Source: an uncultured Hymenobacter sp.
Lineage (GTDB): Bacteria > Bacteroidota > Bacteroidia > Cytophagales > Hymenobacteraceae
NCBI GenBank assembly: GCA_964251335.1
Contig: CAXUKA010000001.1
Span: 20,034 to 84,033 of the forward strand
DNA: 64,000 nucleotides
Reading direction: 5' to 3'
The notes below the pieces were generated by a model. It was not told the origin of the DNA. It worked only from the letters and a program-made list of their open reading frames with translations, and did no database searches. Made by a program: the position numbers and the translations under genes. Below are positions 1 through 9,172 of this stretch, piece after piece (position 1 is the stretch's first letter; each line of letters begins with the position of its first letter).

Positions 1-2
1 CC

Positions 3-1301
3 GTGTCCGTTATCGACCCGATGGATAACAAGCTGCTGGGCCAGGTGATACTAGGCAAGCCGCAGCCCGATTTAACGTCGGCCCTCTACCGGGGGCAGGC
101 GCTGGTGCACGGCCTGGGGGCCTCGCCCGACCACCGGCTGCTGGCCGTGGTGTCGGTGGGCTCCAACAACGTCACGTTTATCGAAACGGCTACTAATGCC
201 CTGAAAGGCAGCGTGTACGTAGGCCGCGCCCCGCACGAGCCCACCTTCCGCCCCGATGGCAAGGAGGTATGGGTGACGGTGCGCGGCGAGGACTACCTCT
301 CGGTGATTGATGCCACCACGCTGCGCGAAACCCGCCGCATCCAGGTGCCCAACGGGCCGGGCCAAATCGCCTTCAGCCCCGATGGCAAGCGGGCCTTCGT
401 GTGCTCCAGCTTCTCGCCCGAGCTGGCGGTGGTGGACGTGTCTACTTATAAGGTTATCAAGAAGATACCCGTCGTCAGCCCGTTCTCGCCCAACATCTTC
501 CCCACCAAAGACGGCCAGCAAATCTGGTTCACGCACAAGGACGTGGGCAAAGTATCGGTGCTCGATACCAAGACCTTGACCATCAGCGGCGTGCTGACGA
601 CGGGGCCCATCACCAACCACGTCGCCACGGTAGACCTGCCCACCGGCAAGCTGGCCTACGTGACCGTGGGCGGCGAAGACGTGGTGAAGGTGTACAGCCG
701 CGAGCCGGGCTTTAAGCAGCTGGCGACCATCGCGGTGGGGGCCAATCCGCACGGCATCTGGCCCGCGGGCGATGGCAGCCGGGTGTACGTGGGCCTCGAA
801 AACGGCGATTCGGCGGTGGCCGTGAGCACGGCCACCAACCGGGTACTAGGCAAAATCAAGGTCGGCCAGGCCCCGATGGCGCTGATGTACGTGCCCGATG
901 CCGTGCCCTCGGGTGTGGCCAGCGCGGCCAACCTTGGCCAGCAGCTCATCGACCAGCCCACGGTTATCCGTAACCTACGGCCCCCGACCCATGGCCCCGC
1001 CGCCGGCACCATGAACCTGCGCTCGGAAGGCCTCGTGGACCTGGCCACTTTCAACCTGCGCGCCCTGGCCCCCAATACCGATTACGACATCTACCTCACC
1101 AACTCCACCCAGGCCCCCTACGCCCGCGCCTACCCCCTCACCACCGTGCACACCGACGCCAAGGGTGGCGCGATGGGCCAGGCGCTCGGCCCCGTGCAGC
1201 GCATTGCCAGCGGCGATTTGCACCCGGCCGGCAAGGCCTTTACGCGGGTGGTCGTGGCCCCCAAAGCAGCCGATGGCCCAGCGGCGCTGGTAAGCGAGTA
1301 G
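3..1301 (+). CDS. YVTN/YncE-type beta-propeller repeat protein (5' end outside window) with a C-terminal extension of unknown function
   Basis: The frame is open from the window edge. It carries repeated units such as VYVGRAPHEPTFRPDGKEVWV, IQVPNGPGQIAFSPDGKRAFV and IAVGANPHGIWPAGDGSRVYV, typical of YVTN propeller blades. Confidence 0.65.
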   Translation: MSVIDPMDNKLLGQVILGKPQPDLTSALYRGQALVHGLGASPDHRLLAVVSVGSNNVTFIETATNALKGSVYVGRAPHEPTFRPDGKEVWVTVRGEDYLSVIDATTLRETRRIQVPNGPGQIAFSPDGKRAFVCSSFSPELAVVDVSTYKVIKKIPVVSPFSPNIFPTKDGQQIWFTHKDVGKVSVLDTKTLTISGVLTTGPITNHVATVDLPTGKLAYVTVGGEDVVKVYSREPGFKQLATIAVGANPHGIWPAGDGSRVYVGLENGDSAVAVSTATNRVLGKIKVGQAPMALMYVPDAVPSGVASAANLGQQLIDQPTVIRNLRPPTHGPAAGTMNLRSEGLVDLATFNLRALAPNTDYDIYLTNSTQAPYARAYPLTTVHTDAKGGAMGQALGPVQRIASGDLHPAGKAFTRVVVAPKAADGPAALVSE

Positions 1302-1351
1302 ACGGGTTGTTCGGGCCGTTGCGCGGACTTTTAGCTCATTGCCTACGTGAT

Positions 1352-1537
1352 ACGGCCGGCAGCGAGGTGGACCCCAGCGGCAACGTGCGCACCACCTTCG
1401 GCTGGGTAGTAGGCGGCACCTTGCAGCTGCCGGCCGGCAAAACCAGCGTCACCACCAAGGCCGCCGTGGTGTACAACGCGGGCAAAACCGGCAGCGCCAC
1501 CCAAGTAGTGCCAATCAGCCCCGTAGACAACGGCTGA
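1352..1537 (+). pseudogene. Detached 3'-terminal fragment (about 61 codons plus stop) of a paralog of the lipoprotein gene at 7894..9096
   Basis: 1352..1534 aligns without gaps to the reverse complement of 7918..8100, with about 12 mismatches in 183 nt by eye. The peptide AGSEVDPSGNVRTTFGWVVGGTLQLPAGKTSVTTKAAVVYNAGKTGSATQVVPISPVDNG matches the C-terminus of the 400-aa protein. Homology stops abruptly at 1351. Confidence 0.8.
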
Positions 1538-1615
1538 TGCCCGCGCCCCGTTAAGGGAGTACCCCGCTCGGGGGGCGCATGGTGCGCTAACACGAATTTA
1601 TTTACCGACTCCTTT

Positions 1616-2824
1616 ATGGAAGAGACTACGCACGCACCGGGCCAGGGCCTGAGCCGCCGGGCCGTTTTGAGTGGACTGGTGCCGGCGCTGGCCGTGGCCG
1701 GCACATCGGCAGCCTGGGCCAGCGCTGCGCCCGTGGCTAGCCCCCCGGCGGCGCTGGGCCGGGGCACGTTCCCGGGCCTCATCACCCGCGAAAAAGAGCC
1801 GATGAACCTGGAGCTGCCCTTTCCCACGCTGGAGGACCGGCTGGTGCCCAACAATCGCTTCTACGTGCGCAGCCACTTCCACATTCCCACGATAGAGGCG
1901 GCGAGCTGGCAGCTCAGCATCGAGGGCGAGGTGCGAAACACCTTGAAAATCAGCTACGACGAGCTGCGCAAAATGCCTTCTAAAACCGTGACGGCTACCC
2001 TGGAGTGCGCCGGCAACGGCCGCGCCCGGCTAGCCCCTAAGGTCAAGGGCCTGCTCTGGGAGCAGGGCGGCGTGGGCAATGCCACCTGGACCGGCGTGCC
2101 CCTCTCGGCGCTGCTGGAGCGGGCCGGCGTGAAGCCGGGGGCCGTGGAAATCATCTTCGAGGGCACCGACCAAGGCGAAGTCACGGAAGAGCCCAAGTCG
2201 CCGGGTGCCATTCATTTTGCCCGCAGCCTGCCGCTGGCCAAGGCCCGCCAGCCCGAGGTGCTGGTGGCCTACCTCATGAACGGCCAGCCCCTGCCGCCCG
2301 AGCACGGCTTCCCGGTGCGGCTGGTGGTGCCCGGCTGGTACGGCATGGCCTCGGTGAAGTGGCTCAGCAAAATCATGGTGAGCGCCGTGCCCTACGACGG
2401 CTACTGGCAAACGCTGGAATACGCTTACTGGAAGCGCGAGCGCGGCCTGCCCACCCTCACGCCCGTGACGGAAATGCTGGTAAAAGCCGAAATAGCCCGC
2501 CCCGCGCTGCACGAGGAAGTACCCGCCGGCCAGCCCTACCGCGTGTACGGCGCGGCCTGGACGGGCGAGAGCGAGGTCACCCGCGTGGAAGTTAGCACCG
2601 ACAACGGCGGCAGCTGGCAGCCCGCCCGGCTGCTCGAAGCCGCCGTGCCTTTTGCCTGGCGCTTCTGGGAGTTCAGCTGGACGCCGCCCACTGCGCCGGG
2701 CCGCTACACCCTGCAAGCCCGCGCCACCGACCGCGCCGGCCACACCCAGCCCACCGCCCACGACCCCGACCGCCGTACCTACATGGTCAATAAAATCGGG
2801 GCCGTGGAGGTAGTCGTGCCCTAA
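1616..2824 (+). CDS. Sulfite-oxidase-family molybdopterin oxidoreductase (SorA-like, periplasmic)
   Basis: Tat-like leader (SRRAVLSGLVPALAVAG). The Moco cysteine motif TATLECAGNGR is present. It also has FPVRLVVPGWYGMASVKWL and a C-terminal dimerisation-type domain. Confidence 0.85.
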   Translation: MEETTHAPGQGLSRRAVLSGLVPALAVAGTSAAWASAAPVASPPAALGRGTFPGLITREKEPMNLELPFPTLEDRLVPNNRFYVRSHFHIPTIEAASWQLSIEGEVRNTLKISYDELRKMPSKTVTATLECAGNGRARLAPKVKGLLWEQGGVGNATWTGVPLSALLERAGVKPGAVEIIFEGTDQGEVTEEPKSPGAIHFARSLPLAKARQPEVLVAYLMNGQPLPPEHGFPVRLVVPGWYGMASVKWLSKIMVSAVPYDGYWQTLEYAYWKRERGLPTLTPVTEMLVKAEIARPALHEEVPAGQPYRVYGAAWTGESEVTRVEVSTDNGGSWQPARLLEAAVPFAWRFWEFSWTPPTAPGRYTLQARATDRAGHTQPTAHDPDRRTYMVNKIGAVEVVVP

Positions 2825-2846
2825 AGTCAGCTCCGCTACTCCCCCC

Positions 2847-2884
2847 AAAGGCCCCTGCCGCATCCTGCGCTAGGGGCCTTTTTG
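2847..2884 (+). terminator. Rho-independent terminator after the SorA-like gene
   Basis: Stem aaaggcccct / aggggccttt with a 15-nt loop, followed by tttgg. Confidence 0.6.
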
Positions 2885-2932
2885 GTGCTAGATAAGACCC
2901 GCGCCCCGGCCGCAGTAGCGCAGCACAAGCGC

Positions 2933-3208
2933 CTAGCTGGTCGCCTGCTGGCAGGCCGCTAGCTGCTGGCGGTGTGCGCGAAAGCGCCATAAGCCCACCG
3001 CCAGCACCACGGCCGCCACGGCCAGGGCCGTGTAGCCCAGCCGCCCGCCCCGCTCGGGGTGAAACTGAATGAGGGCCAGCCCAAAGCCTACCAGCGCCAG
3101 GCTGGTGCGCACATAGGTCAGCAAGGTGCGCTCGTTGGCCAGGCGAGTGCGTTGCAGGGCTAGCCGGTCGGACAGGGCCAGCTGCGGGGAGGAAGTGGGG
3201 GTAGGCAT
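2933..3208 (-). CDS. DUF202/YidH-family small membrane protein
   Basis: LQRTRLANERTLLTYVRTSLAL motif plus two hydrophobic helices. Confidence 0.7.
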   Translation of the reverse strand: MPTPTSSPQLALSDRLALQRTRLANERTLLTYVRTSLALVGFGLALIQFHPERGGRLGYTALAVAAVVLAVGLWRFRAHRQQLAACQQATS

Positions 3209-3220
3209 CCAGAAAAGAGG

Positions 3221-3883
3221 CTACGCCAGCGTCACCGAATCGCCCGGCTCGGCTAGGTGCAGAAACACGATGTTGTGCTTCTTAAAATAGGGCTCATAAT
3301 TGTCGTAGCGCTGCTGCACGAAAAAGGGCTTGAGGTACCCGTCGTGCACCGGCAAAATCTGCTGGGGCCGCATCTTCAAGGCAAAATCGGCCACTACCAG
3401 CTCCGTGAGGAAGGGCGCGGTAACGGGCAGAATCAGCAACTCTACCCCCGCAAACTGGAGCAGGTTTTCGACGAAGGAATCGGCCGGGTTCAGCACACGG
3501 CCGTTAACCAGCCAGGCCGTCATTTGGGGCAGCGGGCTGTCCAGAATGGCCTCGTGCCGCACTGGCAGGGCTTGCAGCTGAAACGCGCCCCGGTCGAGCG
3601 GGCCTTCCTCGTGGATTTGCACGGCTAGCCCCTGCTGCTTCAGCTTGGCGGCCACTTCGCCATTGGAAATAATAATGGCTCCGCTGCGCTCCACGATGCG
3701 CTGGAGGGCGTCCACATCGAGGTGGTCGGGGTGGTCGTGGGTGATGATGACCGTGGCCACGTCCCTGAACACGTCGGGCTGCACCAGCCCTTCGATGAAA
3801 GAAAACTTACCGGGGTCGAACAGTAGTTGCTGGCCGTTTAGCTCAAACAGCAGGCAGGAGTGGATATACTTGGTAATGCGCAT
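3221..3883 (-). CDS. MBL-fold metallo-hydrolase
   Basis: ITHDHPDHLD metal-binding motif. I took the start at the internal Met (MRITKYIHSCLLFE) because the longer ORF overlaps the upstream gene. Confidence 0.8.
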   Translation of the reverse strand: MRITKYIHSCLLFELNGQQLLFDPGKFSFIEGLVQPDVFRDVATVIITHDHPDHLDVDALQRIVERSGAIIISNGEVAAKLKQQGLAVQIHEEGPLDRGAFQLQALPVRHEAILDSPLPQMTAWLVNGRVLNPADSFVENLLQFAGVELLILPVTAPFLTELVVADFALKMRPQQILPVHDGYLKPFFVQQRYDNYEPYFKKHNIVFLHLAEPGDSVTLA

Positions 3884-3929
3884 AGGGTAGGGAGAAGAGT
3901 GCCTGACATGCAGGATAATACCAATAAAT

Positions 3930-4574
3930 TCAGTCGCCCAGCCAGCGGTCGGCCACCAGGCCCAGGGCATAGTTGAGCTGCACCAGCAGCAGCAGGATGG
4001 CCCCGGCGTACACGCTCACGAAGCACAATCCCGCCGCCGCCGCGTAGAGCACCTGCATGAGCACGATGCGCCGCACCAACGCCTGGCTCACGGCCGCATC
4101 CACGGCCCGCAACAGGCTGTGACGCTGGGCGTAGCGGTAGCTGCCCAGCAGCGCAGTGCCCACCAGCAGCAGGTTGGCCCAGTACACCAGCACCGCCCCG
4201 CGCAGCGGAAAATGCGTGGTCAGAAAGGCCGTTGAAAACGGCAGCAGGCCCACCACCAACAGAAAAGCAATATGCCACCAGGCCAGCCGCCGGTCGCTGT
4301 GCTCCAGGTACGTGAACTGCGTGCTCTGGCACACCCAGAAGATGCCCAGCGATAGAAACCCCAGCACGTAGCCCCCGATGCTGGGCAGCAGCCCCAGCAG
4401 GGCCGGCCCCACGTCGGCCTCGGTGCGCACGAGGTGGGCGGCCGGCACCCGCAGGTTGAGCACTAGCAGGGTCATGGCGATGGAAAACACGCCGTCGCTT
4501 AGCGACTCGATGCGGCGCAAGTTTTGGCCCGCCACGGTGGTGTAAGCCACGGGCGGGGCGTGCAGCCGGGCCAC
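3930..4574 (-). CDS. TMEM175-family (DUF1211) potassium channel homolog
   Basis: N-terminal RIESLSDGVFSIAMTLLVL (the RxxxFSD-type helix-1 signature) and about six TM helices. Confidence 0.75.
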   Translation of the reverse strand: MARLHAPPVAYTTVAGQNLRRIESLSDGVFSIAMTLLVLNLRVPAAHLVRTEADVGPALLGLLPSIGGYVLGFLSLGIFWVCQSTQFTYLEHSDRRLAWWHIAFLLVVGLLPFSTAFLTTHFPLRGAVLVYWANLLLVGTALLGSYRYAQRHSLLRAVDAAVSQALVRRIVLMQVLYAAAAGLCFVSVYAGAILLLLVQLNYALGLVADRWLGD

Positions 4575-4577
4575 GGG

Positions 4578-4799
4578 CTAGCGGCGGGGCTTGGCCCGGC
4601 GGTGGTCGCGGCGGTCTTCCTGGCGCACCAGCTTCGGCTCTTCGCTAAGGCTTTCGCCGTGCTTGAGGGTGTGGGCGCGGTCCATTTTGCGGTCGGCTCG
4701 CGCCTGCTTTTGCACGCCGCGGGGCGTGTTTTGGGCGGCGGCCGGGAGGCTGAGGGCGGCAAGGGCCACCGCAGCAGCCAGGAAACGAAGAAAATTCAT
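4578..4799 (-). CDS. Small secreted, highly basic protein (hypothetical)
   Basis: The internal Met gives a signal peptide MNFLRFLAAAVALAALSLPAAAQ. The stop lies 3 nt from the TMEM175 start. The longer 133-aa version has a Pro/Arg/Ser-rich N-terminus that looks non-coding. Confidence 0.35.
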   Translation of the reverse strand: MNFLRFLAAAVALAALSLPAAAQNTPRGVQKQARADRKMDRAHTLKHGESLSEEPKLVRQEDRRDHRRAKPRR

Positions 4800-4875
4800 A
4801 AGCGTAAGAAAGAGCGTAAAAAAAGGACTTGCCCCCGCCGTGTACGGCAGGGGCAAGCCACTGGGTTGGGCCCGG

Positions 4876-6771
4876 CTACTCGCCACTGGCCTGGGCCAGC
4901 TGCACCTCCTCCCCGAGCAGGTTCGACTCGGGCGTGGCCGAGTAGGGCACGGTTTGGGGGATGAAGTCGGCGTCGGCACCGGGCTTGCTGTAGTCGTAGG
5001 GCCAGCGGTACACGGCGGGTATTTCGCCGGGCCAGTTGCCGTGGGGCACGTCGATGGGCGTAGTCCACTCCAGGGTGTTTGAGTGCCAGGGATTTTGGGT
5101 GGCGAGGCGGCCCCGGAAAATGCTGTAAAAGAAGTTGAAGAGGAAGATAAACTGCGCGAAGAACACGGCGATGGCCGCCAGCGAAATCATCCGGTTGAGG
5201 TCGGCAAACTGCGAAAAGGCGTCGAAGGCCGTCCAGGAGTAGTAGCGGCGCGGGAAGCCGGCAATGCCCAGGTAGTGCATGGGCATGAAAATGAGGTAGA
5301 CGCCCACGAAGGTGAGCCAGAAGTGGATATAACCCAGCTTCTCGTCCATCATCCGCCCAAACAGCTTCGGAAACCAGTGGTACACCCCGGCAAACATCCC
5401 GAAGAACGCCGCCGAGCCCATCACCAGGTGAAAGTGGGCAATGACGAAGTACGTGTTGTGCAGCTGAATATCGAGCGCCGCGTTGCCCAGCACAATGCCC
5501 GTGAGGCCGCCCGCGATGAAGAGTGACACGAACCCGATGCTGAAGAGCATGGCCGTCGTAAACCGGATGTTGCCGCGCCAGAGGGTGGCAATCCAGTTGA
5601 AGCTTTTCACGGCCGAGGGCACGGCGATAATCAGGGTCAGAAACATGAACACCGACCCCAGGAAGGGGTTCATGCCCGTCACGAACATGTGGTGGCCCCA
5701 CACCGCAAACGACAAAATGAGGATGGCGAAGAGCGAGCCAATCATGGCGCGGTAGCCGAAAACGGGCTTACGGGCGTTGGTAGCCAGGATTTCGGATACG
5801 ATGCCCATGCCCGGCATGATGACGATGTACACCTCGGGGTGGCCCAAAAACCAGAACAAGTGCTGAAACAGCACCGGCGAGCCGCCCTGGTTGTGCAGCG
5901 CCTGCCCGGCAATATAGATGTCGGACAGGTAGAACGAGGTGCCAAACGAGCGGTCAAACACCAGCAGCAGCAGGCCCGCAAACAGCACCGGAAACGTGAG
6001 AATGCCCAGGATAGCCGTAATAAAGAGCGCCCACACCGTGAGCGGCAGCTTGGTCATGCTCATGCCCTTGGTGCGTAGGTTGAGCACGGTGGTCACATAG
6101 TTGACGCCGCCCAGCAGCGTGCTCACCACGAAGAGCACCATGCTCACCAGCCACAGGGTCATGCCCAGGCCCGAGCCGTCGATGGCCTGCGGCAGGGCCG
6201 AGAGCGGCGGGTACACCGTCCAGCCCGAGGCGGCGGGGCCGGTTTCGAGGAATAAGGACGTGAACATGACTACCCCCGACAGGAAAAAGAACCAGTACGA
6301 GAGCATGTTCATGAAGCCCGACGCCATGTCCCGGGCCCCAATCTGCAGGGGAATGAGCAGGTTGGCAAACGTGCCGCTGAGGCCTGCCGTGAGCACGAAA
6401 AACAGCATAATCGTGCCGTGCATCGTCACCAGGGCCAGGTAAAACTCGGGGTTGAGCTTGCCGCCTTCAATCCACTTGCCCAGCAGCGGCTTAAGCCATT
6501 CCAGGGTGGCCTCGGGCCAGCCCAATTGCAGCCGGAAAAGCGTGGAGAGCACCCCGCCCACCAGCGCCCAAAACATGCCCGTGAGCAGAAACTGCCGGGC
6601 AATCATTTTGTGGTCCTGGCTGAAAACGTACTTAAAAAGCCAGTGTTGCGCCTCGTGGTGGTCGGGTCCGGCTAGGTGGTTGGCGTGGGTAGTGGCCGGA
6701 GCGGCGGCCGTGCCGATGCCCCCCTGCGCCTGCGAGGAGGCCGTGAACTCAGTAGCCATAGCGTTGTGCAA
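4876..6771 (-). CDS. ctaD: Heme-copper (aa3-type) cytochrome c oxidase subunit I
   Basis: GHPEVYIVIMPGMGIVSE, VWGHHMFVTG and IAHFHLVMG motifs with 12 or more TM helices. Confidence 0.95.
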   Translation of the reverse strand: MHNAMATEFTASSQAQGGIGTAAAPATTHANHLAGPDHHEAQHWLFKYVFSQDHKMIARQFLLTGMFWALVGGVLSTLFRLQLGWPEATLEWLKPLLGKWIEGGKLNPEFYLALVTMHGTIMLFFVLTAGLSGTFANLLIPLQIGARDMASGFMNMLSYWFFFLSGVVMFTSLFLETGPAASGWTVYPPLSALPQAIDGSGLGMTLWLVSMVLFVVSTLLGGVNYVTTVLNLRTKGMSMTKLPLTVWALFITAILGILTFPVLFAGLLLLVFDRSFGTSFYLSDIYIAGQALHNQGGSPVLFQHLFWFLGHPEVYIVIMPGMGIVSEILATNARKPVFGYRAMIGSLFAILILSFAVWGHHMFVTGMNPFLGSVFMFLTLIIAVPSAVKSFNWIATLWRGNIRFTTAMLFSIGFVSLFIAGGLTGIVLGNAALDIQLHNTYFVIAHFHLVMGSAAFFGMFAGVYHWFPKLFGRMMDEKLGYIHFWLTFVGVYLIFMPMHYLGIAGFPRRYYSWTAFDAFSQFADLNRMISLAAIAVFFAQFIFLFNFFYSIFRGRLATQNPWHSNTLEWTTPIDVPHGNWPGEIPAVYRWPYDYSKPGADADFIPQTVPYSATPESNLLGEEVQLAQASGE

Positions 6772-6967
6772 ATTGCCCCCGGCCAGCCAGCGGTCCGCGC
6801 CAGGGAGTGAAAAGAATAGAGCCCCCTGGGGAAGTGTAGCTTAGTCTTGATAGTCCGAGCACGAGCGCAGCGGGTAGTTGCGGGCGAGCGACTTCCGATG
6901 CCGGATGCCCGCTGCGCGAGCGCTCGGACTACCAAGTCCAAGCTACAGCAACTGGCCCAGGACAAAC

Positions 6968-7852
6968 TTACCCGCCCGGCCTACCGGGCAACTGGCCGTT
7001 TTCCAGGTTTTTCTGGTACAAAGCCGGGTTTTGGCGGTAGGCCCGGGGCGAGCAGCCCGCGTGCTGGCGGAAGAAGCGCCCGAAGTGCGAGGCATCCTCA
7101 AAGCCCAGGGCATAGCCCACCTCGGCCACCGACGGGCCCGTGGTGCCCAGCAGATGCCGGGCCTCAGCCAGCACCCGCGCCCCAATGAGCTGGCGGGCGG
7201 GGTGGCCCAGGTACTGGCGGCAGCAGGCGCAGAGGTGGTCGGGGCTGAGGTGCAGGCGGGCGGCGTAGTCGCGCACCGCGTGCAGGGTGCGAAAGTGCGC
7301 TTCCAGCAGCTGCGCAAACTGCCGGGCCACCGCCGCCGCCCTACCCCCCTGCGGGGCTGGCGCGGCCGGGAAAGCCAACGCCAGCAGCAGGTGCAGGTAG
7401 GCGCGGGCCTGGGCGGGGTCGGCGTTAGGCTCGGCCAGGGTGCGGGCTAGGCCGCGCAGCAGGGCCGGCACTTCGGCCCGCTCGGCCGGGGGCAATACCA
7501 GCGCCCACGGCCCCGGCCCGGCCGGCAGCCCCGGCGCGGGAAAGCTGGCCAGGTAGTAGTCGGCCAGAAAGCACACCACCTCGCCCCGGCAGCCGGCCGC
7601 CAGCGCCCAGCCCAGTACCGGCCCCGGCGGCAGCAGCACCAACTGCCCCGGTTGCAGCGCCAGCGCCTGCCCCGGCAGGTGCAGCACGCCCGCGCCCCGC
7701 GCCACGTGCAGCAGCAGCCAGAAGCGGTGGGCGTGGGCCACGCCCGGTGCCCGGGCCGCCAACGCTTCGAGGCGCTGCATCCGCAGCGGCTCGTCGGGCC
7801 GCCCGGTGGGGCACACCCGCCAGTCGAGCAAGGGAAGGGCCGTGGGGTTCAT
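6968..7852 (-). CDS. AraC-family transcriptional regulator
   Basis: C-terminal double HTH (VRDYAARLHLSPDHLCACCRQYLGHPARQLI...GYALGFEDASHFGRFFRQHAGCSPRAYR). Confidence 0.85.
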   Translation of the reverse strand: MNPTALPLLDWRVCPTGRPDEPLRMQRLEALAARAPGVAHAHRFWLLLHVARGAGVLHLPGQALALQPGQLVLLPPGPVLGWALAAGCRGEVVCFLADYYLASFPAPGLPAGPGPWALVLPPAERAEVPALLRGLARTLAEPNADPAQARAYLHLLLALAFPAAPAPQGGRAAAVARQFAQLLEAHFRTLHAVRDYAARLHLSPDHLCACCRQYLGHPARQLIGARVLAEARHLLGTTGPSVAEVGYALGFEDASHFGRFFRQHAGCSPRAYRQNPALYQKNLENGQLPGRPGG

Positions 7853-7893
7853 GGAGATGGGAGTTGGTGGAATAGCGCGCCAGAGACTACCCC

Positions 7894-9096
7894 CTAGGGG
7901 GCCGGCGTCAGCAGCTGGCCGTTGGCCACGGGGCTTATTGGCACCACCTGGGTGGCGCTGCCGGTTTTGCCCGCGTTGTCCACCACGGCGGCCTTGATGG
8001 TGACGCTGGTTTTGCCGGCCGGCAGCTGCAAGGTGCCGCCCACCACCCAGCCGAAGGTGGTGCGCACGAAGCCGCTAGGGTCCACCTCGCTGCCGGCCGT
8101 GTTGAAGACCGGGGCCAGGTTGCCGCCAGCCGCGATGACGTTGCCGTTGGGTTGCAGCAGCGGCACGTCGAAAGTCACGACCAGGCCCGGCGCGTAGCGG
8201 TTGGGGCCCTTCGACGACTGGGTGCCGTCCACGATGGTGCCCCGGTCGGCGTCGGCCTTGCCCAGGGCGTTCTCGTTCACCCCGATGCCGTTTTTCGACT
8301 TATCGAGGGCCGACACCTGCACAAAAAACAGGGCGCCCTGGCTGGGTGGGGTGGGCAGTACGCCCGCCGTTTGGATGCCGGGGCTGATGCTGCTCGGGAG
8401 GCGCGGGGCCAGCAGCGTCACCGTGGGGCCGGCCGGGTCATCCGCGCCGGGCGTGAGGGCGGTGGTGAGCGGGGCCGGCGTGAGGGCCTGGCCGCTGGCC
8501 GCCCCGCCGGGGCCGGAGCCCACGCTTACTTTTTGGGTTGTAGTGGTGATGCGCCCCGCGCGGTCCTTGAGGGCGGCCGTGAGGTTGAAGCTGGTGGTAC
8601 CGGCGGGCAGCGATTCGAGCACGTGCCAGCTCACCCAGGTCGTGACGCCGGGGCCGGGCGTGTCGTCGGTGCCCGCGATGTTGAAGAGCGAGGCCAGGTT
8701 GGTGCCCTTGGCGATGACCACGCCCGCCGGGGTAGTCAGGTCCACGTCGAGGCTCACCGTCAGGCCGGGCAGGTTCACGTTGGGGCTGCCCACGGCGGCG
8801 GCGTTGCGGATGTTGAGGCCTTCCTTGGTGGGGATGGTCACCGTGTCCTGGGTCACGATTTCCAGGTTCACCAAAAAGCCCGCCCCGTCGAAGCTGCCCG
8901 CGCCCAGGCGGCCCACACCGGGTGCCACCACGGCATTCGCCACGGGCGACACGATATGCAGCAGTGGCGAAGTATCGGCCGCCTGAGTGTCGTCTTTTTT
9001 GCAGCCCCCTAGCAGGGCGGCGCTGCCCAGCAGGGTCGTGGCTAGCCCCAGGGCCAGCCGGCGCGGGGCGCGGGTAGAGGTGGAGAAAATGGTCAT
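7894..9096 (-). CDS. Lipoprotein of unknown function with an internal tandem domain duplication
   Basis: Lipobox LLGGC. Two similar halves of about 130 aa each end in ...AGTTSFNLTAALKDRAGRITTTTQKVSV and ...AGKTSVTIKAAVVDNAGKTGSATQVVPISPV. Confidence 0.6.
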   Translation of the reverse strand: MTIFSTSTRAPRRLALGLATTLLGSAALLGGCKKDDTQAADTSPLLHIVSPVANAVVAPGVGRLGAGSFDGAGFLVNLEIVTQDTVTIPTKEGLNIRNAAAVGSPNVNLPGLTVSLDVDLTTPAGVVIAKGTNLASLFNIAGTDDTPGPGVTTWVSWHVLESLPAGTTSFNLTAALKDRAGRITTTTQKVSVGSGPGGAASGQALTPAPLTTALTPGADDPAGPTVTLLAPRLPSSISPGIQTAGVLPTPPSQGALFFVQVSALDKSKNGIGVNENALGKADADRGTIVDGTQSSKGPNRYAPGLVVTFDVPLLQPNGNVIAAGGNLAPVFNTAGSEVDPSGFVRTTFGWVVGGTLQLPAGKTSVTIKAAVVDNAGKTGSATQVVPISPVANGQLLTPAP

Positions 9097-9172
9097 GTAG
9101 GAAAGGGGTAAATGGGTAATGATTAGGAAGAAATTGTTTTGGTGAGGGTGTTCACGTGGCTAGCCCTACCCC

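Noticed and set aside
1538-1615. Structured GC hairpin upstream of the SorA-like gene as a possible Moco riboswitch
   Set aside because: The region is only about 78 nt, much shorter than the Moco RNA motif. I could not match its conserved elements. It is more likely a terminator or stem left with the gene fragment.
6772-6967. A possible remnant of cytochrome oxidase subunit II between coxI and the AraC gene
   Set aside because: The region is only 196 nt. The ORFs that cross it (6672..6965 and 6452..6844) are low-complexity shadows. No CuA or heme-binding motif is visible.
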